Shown here: in pieces, positions 6,873-14,471 of the stretch | How the letters are laid out: every line of letters begins with the position of its first letter | How positions within the stretch are numbered: position 1 is the stretch's first letter | Source: Fibrobacteria bacterium | Lineage (GTDB): Bacteria; Fibrobacterota; Fibrobacteria; UBA11236 | Length of the DNA: 16,260 bases | Direction: 5' to 3' | Assembly (NCBI GenBank): GCA_041746255.1 | Contig: JBGTHM010000015.1 | Span: 1 to 16,260 of the forward strand | Made by a program: the position numbers and the translations under genes | The notes under the pieces: generated by a model | The model's database searches: none | Told to the model about the DNA's origin: nothing | What the model saw: the letters and a program-made list of their open reading frames with translations, nothing else

Positions 6873-9788
6873 ATGGCACATACCAACCAACCCTTGATTT
6901 CCAATCCCCTGCCCGAGGCCACTCCCGGCCCGGGACAGGCGGAAGCCGAGCGGAGGCGGCTTATCCTCGATTCGGCGCTGGACGCCATCATCACCATTGA
7001 TGCGGAGGGTCTAGTTCAGGATTGGAATAAAAGGGCCGAGATAATGTTCGGCTGGACCGCGCAGGAGGCGCACGGCCAGATTATGAGCGGGATGATCATA
7101 CCGCCCCAACACCGCGAGGGTCATGAGCGCGGGATGCGGCATTTTCTCGCCGGCGGGGAAGGCCCCATCCTCAATCGCCGCTTGGAAATCACCGCCATGC
7201 GTCGGGATGGGTCGGAGTTTCCCATCGAATTGTCCGTGGCTCCGGCCCGCATCGACGGGAAATGGATGTTCTCCTCCTTTATCCGCGATCTCACCGAACA
7301 AAAGGCGACCGAGAATTGGAATTTTCTGCAAACCTCCACCACCCGCATTCTGGCCGAGGCGCAGTCTCTGGAGCAGGGCATAGGCGCCGTGCTGGAAGCC
7401 ATCCTGGAAAGGACGTCCTGGGAGGTATGTGGATTTTGGCAACAAGACGAGTATCCGGGCGGACTGCGGTTGACTGACATGCGATATAAACCGGATGGGT
7501 CATTCGAATCGTTCTTGGCCGTGAGCCGGGAAATGCGCTTTGCGGAGAAGGTGAGCATTCCCGGAAGGGTCGAGGCGGAAGGTAAACCGGTTTGGATAGC
7601 TTCGCTGGCGGATGACCCCGGATTTCTCCGCAAGCCCCAGGCCTTGGCGGCCGGGTTTAAATCGGGATTGGCTTTTCCCGTGTATCTCAGAAATAATTTG
7701 CTGGGTGTTTTCGAATTCTATTCCCGGGCCGAAATCGCCGAAAGTCCGGAGTTGACCGAAACCTTGGTTTCCATGGGACGGCAATTGGGTCAATTCATTG
7801 AAAGGAAGCGGGCCGAGGAGGATTTGCGGCGGCGCGAGGAGCAGCTCGAGTTGATCATGGATGCGGCTCCGGCCCTTATCAGCTATATCGGGGCCGACAG
7901 GCGGTACCGGTTCAACAACGGAGCCTATGAGCAATGGTTCGGTCATTCCAAAGCGGAGATAGTGGGTAAAACCATGTGGGAGGTATTGGGCGACACGGCC
8001 TATGCCAAGCTCAAGACTCGGGTGGACGGCGTTTTGGCCGGGGAGGTTCAAACCTTCGAGGACGCCCTTCCCTATCGGGACGGGGGTACTCGCTACGTGA
8101 GCGGGCATTATCTTCCCCATCGCCGGGGCGACGGGGTGGTCGAGGGATTCGTGGTCTTCATTGTCGATCTCAGCGAAAGGCGCAAAACCGAGGAAGCCTT
8201 GCTGGAAAAAGAAAGGTTCCTGGAAAGCATTTACAATGGGGCCGAGGAGGCCATTTGGGTGATGGATGTGACCCCGGAAGAGGAATTCGTCTTCGCGGGT
8301 TTCAATCCGGCCTATTTGCGGCGGGCAGAAAACTTGGGATTCGACATGCGCGTGATGCTGGGGAAAACCGTCAAGGACATGTTCGGTATCTTCCCGGATG
8401 ACGCGGTGAACGGGGTGTTGAGAAAGTACGCCGAATGCGCGCGGACCAAGCTGCCCATGGAATATGAGGAATCGTTGGTGATGGAGACCTCCACGTTCCA
8501 TTGGATGACGCGCATCGCGCCCCTGACCGACGAAACCGGGCGTACCTACCGCCTCATAGGCACCACCAACGACATCACCCGCCAAAAGGAGGATGCGGCA
8601 CGCATCCGCCATGCCGAAGACCAATTGCGGCAATCGCAGAAGATGGAAGCCATCGGTCGGCTGGCCGGGGGCATCGCCCATGACTTCAACAATCTCCTGA
8701 CGGCCATCATCGGCTTATCCGAATTGGCCATGGTCTCCATGGAGGAAAAAGAGTCTGCCCTCGAAATGCTCGCCGATATCAAACGATCGGGGGAGAGGGC
8801 GGCTCTGCTCACCAGCCAATTATTGGCCTTCAGCCGCAAACAAATCCTTTCGCCCAAGGTGCTGGATTTGAACGTGGTGGTGACCGGAATGGAATCCCTG
8901 CTCAAGCGCGTCATCGGCGAAAACCTGAATTTCGTCACGGTGTTGCGGCCCCATCTTAAGCCGGTGCGCATTGATCCCAATCAATTGGAGCAAATCATAC
9001 TCAACCTCGCCATCAATGCGCGGGACGCCATGCCCTCGGGAGGCAAATTGACCTTGGAAACCTCCGCCATGGAGGTGGAGGAATCGACCCTGGGCGCCTA
9101 TCTCGATGCGCGACCCGGGCCCCATGTGGTGTTGGCGGTCAGCGATACCGGCATCGGCATGTCGCCCGATGTGAAGGAACGATTGTTCGAGCCTTTTTTC
9201 ACCACCAAGGAGCACGGCAAAGGCACGGGCATGGGTCTGGCCACGGTGTACGGTATCGTCAAGCAAAGCGGCGGCCATATCCACGTGTACACTGAGCCGG
9301 GCAAGGGTTCCAGTTTCAAAATCTTTTTTCCCGCGGTGAATGAAGGCCTGGACAAGGATACGCCTCCCGAAGGAAAATCCCCGCTGGTCAGGGGGAATGG
9401 GGAAACCATTCTCCTGGTCGAGGACGAGGAATTGGTGCGCACCTATGCCCATAGGGTGTTGACGGGCCTGGGATACGACGTACGCATGGCCGTGCATGGG
9501 AAGGAGGCGCTGAAAATCATCGCCGAGGCTCCCGTCCCGTTCCGTCTCTTGTTGACCGATGTGGTGATGCCGGAAATGAGCGGCCGGGAATTATGGGAGA
9601 AATTGAAAGTCCTGCATCCGACTACGCAAGTGCTGTTCATGTCCGGTTACACCGATAATGCCATCGTAAATCAAGGCGTCCTGGATCCCGACGCGCCTTT
9701 CCTGCCCAAGCCCTTTTCTCCGGCCCAATTGGCGGAGAAGGTGGGTCAGGTTCTATCCAAGGTTTCCACGCCCGCCGATAAAATCTAA
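6873..9788 (+). CDS. Cytoplasmic hybrid sensor histidine kinase/response regulator (PAS-GAF-PAS-PAS-HisKA-HATPase-REC)
   Basis: PAS motifs ([29 protein letters not shown]), GAF (SGLAFPV...LGVFEFYS), H-box [12 protein letters not shown]-box [11 protein letters not shown]-boxes DTGIGM and GTGMGL, REC LLVEDE...TDVVMP...KPFS. The track start at 6747 lies inside the relE relic, so ATG 6873 (or 6810) is preferred. Confidence 0.95.
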   Translation: MAHTNQPLISNPLPEATPGPGQAEAERRRLILDSALDAIITIDAEGLVQDWNKRAEIMFGWTAQEAHGQIMSGMIIPPQHREGHERGMRHFLAGGEGPILNRRLEITAMRRDGSEFPIELSVAPARIDGKWMFSSFIRDLTEQKATENWNFLQTSTTRILAEAQSLEQGIGAVLEAILERTSWEVCGFWQQDEYPGGLRLTDMRYKPDGSFESFLAVSREMRFAEKVSIPGRVEAEGKPVWIASLADDPGFLRKPQALAAGFKSGLAFPVYLRNNLLGVFEFYSRAEIAESPELTETLVSMGRQLGQFIERKRAEEDLRRREEQLELIMDAAPALISYIGADRRYRFNNGAYEQWFGHSKAEIVGKTMWEVLGDTAYAKLKTRVDGVLAGEVQTFEDALPYRDGGTRYVSGHYLPHRRGDGVVEGFVVFIVDLSERRKTEEALLEKERFLESIYNGAEEAIWVMDVTPEEEFVFAGFNPAYLRRAENLGFDMRVMLGKTVKDMFGIFPDDAVNGVLRKYAECARTKLPMEYEESLVMETSTFHWMTRIAPLTDETGRTYRLIGTTNDITRQKEDAARIRHAEDQLRQSQKMEAIGRLAGGIAHDFNNLLTAIIGLSELAMVSMEEKESALEMLADIKRSGERAALLTSQLLAFSRKQILSPKVLDLNVVVTGMESLLKRVIGENLNFVTVLRPHLKPVRIDPNQLEQIILNLAINARDAMPSGGKLTLETSAMEVEESTLGAYLDARPGPHVVLAVSDTGIGMSPDVKERLFEPFFTTKEHGKGTGMGLATVYGIVKQSGGHIHVYTEPGKGSSFKIFFPAVNEGLDKDTPPEGKSPLVRGNGETILLVEDEELVRTYAHRVLTGLGYDVRMAVHGKEALKIIAEAPVPFRLLLTDVVMPEMSGRELWEKLKVLHPTTQVLFMSGYTDNAIVNQGVLDPDAPFLPKPFSPAQLAEKVGQVLSKVSTPADKI

Positions 9789-9893
9789 GAGAAGGGGACG
9801 GTAAAGCCATTACTTTGTAAAGCATATTTGCCATACAAGCACGCCCTGTTAAATTACCAGTGTATTAGGCCAATTCAGGGTAAATTTTCCACA

Positions 9894-10283
9894 TCACTTA
9901 ACGGAGGCATCTCCGGCTTCCTCAAGGATGGGGCCGTGTGTCACGAGTTGAAAGCGGCATTCCTCTGGAGGGATGCCCAGGGTATTGAGGTGCTTCCGCA
10001 GGACGTTGCTGTTCTTGTTGAATCCAAGATGCTGGCCCATGCGGTTGAAAGGGGATTGGGCGAAAGGGGAGGAACTGTCCCCCGTACGCCCAACGTAGTG
10101 GAGGGGTTTGCCTGAGGGCGGGGTGATGAGTCTGGAAAGGTAGTTTTCCAGGGTTTCAATTGACGAGGAAAGGTTCGGTAGTGAGGCAATGCTCCGAAAA
10201 GTCCAGATAGCTTTAGAATTCCAGAGGCTTCTGATTTGCGCACAGGACCTGCTTACCCTGCAATCTTGTGAACTACAGACCAT
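9894..10283 (-). pseudogene. ORF containing a partial GIY-YIG-like nuclease segment (about 10127-9910); probably truncated or chimeric
   Basis: ITPPSGKPLHYVGRTGDSS...PFNRMGQH resembles the YIG-x-T...R-x-x-x-H part of GIY-YIG domains. No GIY-equivalent upstream; the first ~50 aa look unrelated. Confidence 0.5.
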
Positions 10284-10286
10284 TTT

Positions 10287-10547
10287 TCAGTCCCGATACA
10301 CATCACGTCTGTGTGCGACTCGGATAACAATTACAATCAATATCCCATCATAAATTTCATATACGATACGATATTCCCCCACACGAATACGATAGGCATT
10401 TTTGGCGCCCGATAATTTTTTACAACCATTGGGACGGGGTTCCGTGACAAGGCCGTCAATTGCCTTGAATATCCGCGCTTGCAAAGTTGACGAAAGCGCG
10501 GCCAATTCCTTTTCAGCACTCCGTTGGATTTCGACCCGGTACTCCAA
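10287..10547 (-). CDS. relE: Type II TA toxin, RelE/ParE superfamily (RelE-like mRNA interferase)
   Basis: YRVEIQRSAEKEL...PRPNGCKKLSG...YRIRVGEYRIVYEI...VIRVAHRRDVY; TTG start directly after the antitoxin stop. Confidence 0.95.
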   Translation of the reverse strand: MEYRVEIQRSAEKELAALSSTLQARIFKAIDGLVTEPRPNGCKKLSGAKNAYRIRVGEYRIVYEIYDGILIVIVIRVAHRRDVYRD

Positions 10548-10826
10548 TCAGGCCGCCCGCGCCTTTTTCTTGGTGCCTCCGGTCAGTGTCTTCTTCACGG
10601 ATTCCCAGGGACGAGAGGACTCTCCCCGGCGGGCCTTGATCGCTTGCAAATCGGCTTTGTCCTCCATACGTTCCCATTCTTCCAAGGCCTTTAAAGCTTC
10701 AATAGGAATGATTGCGCAAGTAGGCTTACCATGTTTTTCAACCACAATCCGCTCCTTGCCGTATGAAGCGCGGGATACCAAGTCGGCCAAATTCTTCCGC
10801 GCTTGTGCCACTGATACACTGGACAT
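10548..10826 (-). CDS. Type II TA antitoxin, Phd/YefM family
   Basis: VSVAQARKNLADLVSRA...ERIVVEKHGKPTCAIIPIE; GAGGGGG RBS; upstream of relE. Confidence 0.93.
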   Translation of the reverse strand: MSSVSVAQARKNLADLVSRASYGKERIVVEKHGKPTCAIIPIEALKALEEWERMEDKADLQAIKARRGESSRPWESVKKTLTGGTKKKARAA

Positions 10827-10857
10827 ATTTCCCCCTCGTTCGTCAGGCTTTACATAA

Positions 10858-10911
10858 CGTACAAAAGCCTAATTATGTACATATTATACCTTTATTCAGC
10901 GAAAGGGGCAA
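10858..10911 (-). promoter_or_regulatory. Promoter and operator of the phd/yefM-relE operon
   Basis: TTGCCC (10911-10906), 17 bp, TATAAT (10888-10883); palindrome TATGTACATA at 10874-10883 and a degenerate TGTACG at 10863-10858. Confidence 0.75.
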
Positions 10912-10914
10912 TCC

Positions 10915-11142
10915 TTGGCGCCTTCGCTTTTTCAGGTTGAGACTTTGGATGAAGAAGCGGGATTAACCCAATATGACCTGGCCCAGCGGACCGGAGTTGG
11001 CCTCCGCTTCGTCCGCGACCTTGAGCAGGGCAAAACCACCTTGAGGATGGACAAAGTCAATCAGGTTTTGGCGCTTTTCGGGCATGCAGCGGGTCCGGTT
11101 TCCGGCAGGGAAGAGTCGAGTGCCTATAAGGAGCAGCATTGA
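10915..11142 (+). CDS. hipB: HipB-like XRE HTH regulator (y4mF type); N-terminus possibly truncated
   Basis: AGLTQYDLAQRTGVGLRFVRDLEQGKTTLRMDKVNQVLALFG; stop overlaps the next ATG (TGATG). TTG start and an acidic first helix are atypical. Confidence 0.75.
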   Translation: MAPSLFQVETLDEEAGLTQYDLAQRTGVGLRFVRDLEQGKTTLRMDKVNQVLALFGHAAGPVSGREESSAYKEQH

Positions 11143-11483
11143 TGGCCAACGAGTATTTCCGTGTGGGAGCCGTAAAAGTGGACGAGACTGTATCGGGATA
11201 TATACGGGAAACCGAATCCGGATATGAGTTTTTCTACACAACTGACTATTTGCAATTGTCCCATCCATCGCCTGTAAGTGTGACCTTACCCTTGCGGAAG
11301 GAAACGTACGCCTCCAATACCTTGTTTCCTTTTTTCGATGGGTTGATACCCGAAGGATGGTTGCTGCTGGTGGCCGAAAAAGTTTGGAAGGTAAATCCAC
11401 GCGATCGAATGGGGTTGCTTTTGACTTGCTGTCGAGATTGTATCGGCAACATCAGCGTAGAACAGGTGGTTGATGTACCATGA
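11142..11483 (+). CDS. hipS: Stand-alone HipA N-terminal domain protein (HipS-like antitoxin)
   Basis: GYEFFY...PVSVTLPLR...LFPFFDGLIPEGWL...DRMGLLL...DCIGNISV; translationally coupled on both sides. Confidence 0.85.
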   Translation: MANEYFRVGAVKVDETVSGYIRETESGYEFFYTTDYLQLSHPSPVSVTLPLRKETYASNTLFPFFDGLIPEGWLLLVAEKVWKVNPRDRMGLLLTCCRDCIGNISVEQVVDVP

Positions 11484-12445
11484 AATCAGGTGATCAGCGC
11501 TGCCTCTATTGTGGTTACCATATTGAAGGAGTTCAAGAAGCGGCCCAAGATTTCCATCCCAAATGCAGCAAAAAATTTTTCGGGACCGCTTCGGCGCCGG
11601 AGTTGCCCTATAATCTTGTCGAGATGGAACGACTGGCAATGGAGGTGGTTCGTTCTCAGGCTACCATACCCGGCGTACAGGCGAAAATCTCCCTGAATTT
11701 GGAAAAAGCCCCGACAGGAGGAAAAGCGCGTCGTTTGACATTGGTCGGATTGTGGGGACAGTTCGTACTGAAGCCACCCACGGCCGATTATCCTTTTTTA
11801 CCCGAAATTGAGGATACAACCATGCGGCTTGCGGAGGTATCCGGTATTGACACCGTGCCTCACTCTTTGATTCGAATGCAGTCGGGCGAACTAGCCTACA
11901 TTACCCGCCGCATTGATAGGAGCGCCAAGAGTAAAATCGCAATGGAGGATATGTGTCAGATAACCGGTCGTTTGACGGAGGACAAGTATAAAGGCTCTAT
12001 GGAGCAAGTGGGCAAGGCCATTCGCCGATATTCGGTTCAGCCGGGACTGGATTCGATTCGATTTTTCGAATTGTCCGTATTCTGCTTTCTAACCGGCAAT
12101 GCGGATATGCACCTAAAAAAATTCTCATTGTACCGGCCCTCTCCGGGTTCCATAAAATTAACGCCAGCCTACGACTTGGTCGCGACCAAGTTGTTGTTGC
12201 CTCAGGATGTGGAGGAGTGCGCCTTGGCTTTGAACGGCAAGAAAAGCAACTTACTCCGTAAGGATTTCGATGCATTGGCGGTGAACCTGGAAATTCCCCT
12301 CAAGGCGAAGGAGAATTCATATCATCGCCTAGCCAATTCCATAGGGAAGTGGGATGCGATTCTTGAAGCCGCATATCTATCGAATTATTTGCGCGAAGCC
12401 TATGGGGAATTGGTGGCGGAGCGATGGAGCCGGATTCGATTGTAG
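11480..12445 (+). CDS. hipT: HipA-family Ser/Thr kinase lacking the N-terminal subdomain (HipT-like toxin), catalytic-loop variant
   Basis: CLYC...FHPKC N-terminus, Gly-rich loop TIPGVQAK, YITRRIDR, MEDMCQ, GNADMHLKKFS, LTPAYDL; ATGA overlap with the upstream gene. Confidence 0.88.
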   Translation: MKSGDQRCLYCGYHIEGVQEAAQDFHPKCSKKFFGTASAPELPYNLVEMERLAMEVVRSQATIPGVQAKISLNLEKAPTGGKARRLTLVGLWGQFVLKPPTADYPFLPEIEDTTMRLAEVSGIDTVPHSLIRMQSGELAYITRRIDRSAKSKIAMEDMCQITGRLTEDKYKGSMEQVGKAIRRYSVQPGLDSIRFFELSVFCFLTGNADMHLKKFSLYRPSPGSIKLTPAYDLVATKLLLPQDVEECALALNGKKSNLLRKDFDALAVNLEIPLKAKENSYHRLANSIGKWDAILEAAYLSNYLREAYGELVAERWSRIRL

Positions 12446-12477
12446 CCGGTTTACCGACGTTATCCACTGGGAATCCG

Positions 12478-13071
12478 TTATTGCTTCTCGAACACTTTCA
12501 AAGTCAACGCCAGTAAGGCAATAGCCGCTATCCACGACCCCAGTATCCGCAGGCCAATCTGCTGCCAATTCTTCTTCGAGAAATTTTCACCAATCAAGGT
12601 CAAATAAAGAAAACAAAAGTAGAGGGATATGCCGGTGCCGACGTTCAAGGCGGCTTTCGATTCGACCTCCTCCGCAGCGAAATCGAGTCCCATCAGAATT
12701 CCCGTCACAATCGCGATTGGGGCAGTGAGCCAAATGCGGAGAGGACGGCTTAAAACCAGTAAGAAGCCCAAGACTCCGGCACAGGCGAGCAGGGGGTATT
12801 GGGTGGAAAACCCGATCGAAAAGGTCGCGCAGACAAACCCCAGAATCAACGCGAACAGGAATGCCATCGAAAGCAGGTTTCCCTTGTTTTCTTTTTGCTG
12901 GCCAAGCAGGAGGCCCAATGCGATGACGGTCAACAAATGGGGCAGGGAAAAGAAGGGATGCAAGAGACCGTTATAAAAGTCGCCCGCGCCTTCGATCATT
13001 TCATGAGCCGAAGCCCGATTCGGAATCCCCAATAGGATCAGAATGAAAATCTGTAGGATGCCTCGATTCAT
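12478..13071 (-). CDS. HupE/UreJ-family membrane protein, divergent copy
   Basis: Signal peptide then AHE..., GLLHPFFSLPHLL, several TM helices, C-terminal RILGSWIAA; lacks the FHGxAHGxE motif. ATGA overlap with the upstream paralogue. Confidence 0.8.
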   Translation of the reverse strand: MNRGILQIFILILLGIPNRASAHEMIEGAGDFYNGLLHPFFSLPHLLTVIALGLLLGQQKENKGNLLSMAFLFALILGFVCATFSIGFSTQYPLLACAGVLGFLLVLSRPLRIWLTAPIAIVTGILMGLDFAAEEVESKAALNVGTGISLYFCFLYLTLIGENFSKKNWQQIGLRILGSWIAAIALLALTLKVFEKQ

Positions 13072-13658
13072 AGGGCTCGGACAAGAAATCCAACTCCGAC
13101 CAAAGCAATCACTCCTCCGAGCGCGCGAATGGCGAGTTTGCCATTCGCGAATCGTTCCAGCAAACCGAAGGCAATACCCGCAAGATGCAAAAGACCGGTA
13201 GCCAAAACGAATCCCAGGCTATAGGCTAACGGATTCACCGCGTGGGGCAGCTCGGTTCCATGGGCATGGCCATGAAAGATTGCGAACAGGCCCACGAGCA
13301 GCGCCGCCACAAACAAGGGTGGGCGGGCGGCGGCGGCGACCATGATTCCCAAGACAACGGCGGAAAGGGCGATGCCGACCTCCACTGCGGGAATCGGAAC
13401 TCCGGCAATACCCAGGACCCCGCCAACGGTCATGACCAAGGGAAAGATGACGGGCAGCATCCAAATCGCGGGGTTACGGAGGAACGCGCCCCAAAGGCCC
13501 ACCGCCACCATGGCGACCACATGGTCCAGGCCGGTAACGGGATGCAGGATTCCGCTGAGGAATCCACCCGCAAGGCCCTCTGGGCTATGGGCTTGGGCGA
13601 CTGCGGTAAATAGGAAAATTAGGCCGACGGTTTTCGTGGCGTAGGCGGTGGCTTTCAT
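13068..13658 (-). CDS. hupE: HupE/UreJ-family Ni/Co transporter
   Basis: Signal peptide ending AQA-H, GILHPVTGLDHVVAMVAVGLW, FAIFHGHAHGTE, GFVLATGLLHLAG. ATG at 13658 with AGGA upstream preferred over the track start at 13730. Confidence 0.92.
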   Translation of the reverse strand: MKATAYATKTVGLIFLFTAVAQAHSPEGLAGGFLSGILHPVTGLDHVVAMVAVGLWGAFLRNPAIWMLPVIFPLVMTVGGVLGIAGVPIPAVEVGIALSAVVLGIMVAAAARPPLFVAALLVGLFAIFHGHAHGTELPHAVNPLAYSLGFVLATGLLHLAGIAFGLLERFANGKLAIRALGGVIALVGVGFLVRAL

Positions 13659-14013
13659 TTTATGTTTTCCTGGTTGTTCTGACCGTGAAATACCCAAGTA
13701 AAAGTAGTCGATTATCGCGCAGGTCTTCAAAATATCACTGAGAGTATTTCAACGGGTAGGAACTCTGAACCCCATTTTTACGGTGTCATCAAAAGGTTTC
13801 AGTCGTTGGTGAATACAGCCTTAGTCATTTGTGTTTCATGAAAAGAATACATCCAGTTTGGAGCCGATTTTTAACGAAGGCAGGTTCGTTGGCAAACGAG
13901 TATTTTTCCCATAGATTCGACAAATTGTTCCCCTTTCGATGGATAGGCGAATACCGGAAATTATACCCACCGGCGCATCAATATCCGTGGGCAATATCTT
14001 CAATTATCCCAAA

Positions 14014-14063
14014 TATGTCAGATACTATGGACATAATAGCAATTATAGGCTATAATATCGGAT
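14014..14063 (+). promoter_or_regulatory. Leaderless-type promoter and inverted-repeat operator of the second hip operon
   Basis: TGGACA (14028-14033), 17 bp, TATAAT (14051-14056), 7 nt, ATG (14064); inverted repeat TATGTC-N10-GACATA (14014-14035) overlaps the -35. Confidence 0.7.
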
Positions 14064-14471
14064 ATGGGACGCGTATTCCGACCAACTTTTCCAGCTCTTA
14101 AGCGACAGATGGCCAGTCTTGGCGAACGACTTCGGATGGCCAGGCTACGTCGCGGCATAACAACGATCTTATTCGCTCAGAGAATGGGTGTTTCCCGAGA
14201 CACCCTGAACCGACTGGAAAAAGGGGATGCGACTATCGCTCTAGGCACATACGCAAGGGCTCTCCGGGTATTGGGACTAGATGGAGATCTTGATGCGATA
14301 GCACGAGACGATGTTCTGGGTCGTAAGCTTCAGGACTTGAAAATATCGGAACGGAAATCACGCAAGAAATCCAGTACCGGTGAAACGAATCCACTAGGCG
14401 AAACAGAGACGGGAAAAGTATCGGCCCGCCGTTCACCTCGCAAGGAGGGTGAAGCTGATGCCCAGCCCTAA
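14064..14471 (+). CDS. hipB: XRE-family HTH antitoxin/regulator (HipB-like)
   Basis: LGERLRMARLRRG...AQRMGVSRDTLNRLEKGD...YARALRVLGL...DDVLGRKLQD, plus a low-complexity basic tail; overlaps the start of hipA. Confidence 0.85.
   Translation: MGRVFRPTFPALKRQMASLGERLRMARLRRGITTILFAQRMGVSRDTLNRLEKGDATIALGTYARALRVLGLDGDLDAIARDDVLGRKLQDLKISERKSRKKSSTGETNPLGETETGKVSARRSPRKEGEADAQP

Noticed and set aside
7011..9640. Long minus-strand ORFs inside the kinase (e.g. 7500-8681, 393 aa)
   Set aside because: Antisense shadows caused by GC-rich codon usage.
10402..10857. 151-aa plus-strand ORF similar to the tail of ORF 6275-6841
   Set aside because: The similarity is simply the antisense reading of the two relE copies.
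13660..13830. Cobalamin riboswitch upstream of hupE (minus strand GAAGACCTGC near 13719-13728)
   Set aside because: Only this short 3' motif matches; I could not find the conserved core (GGGAA, CCCGCAACTGT, GCCACTG). An Rfam/Infernal scan would settle it.
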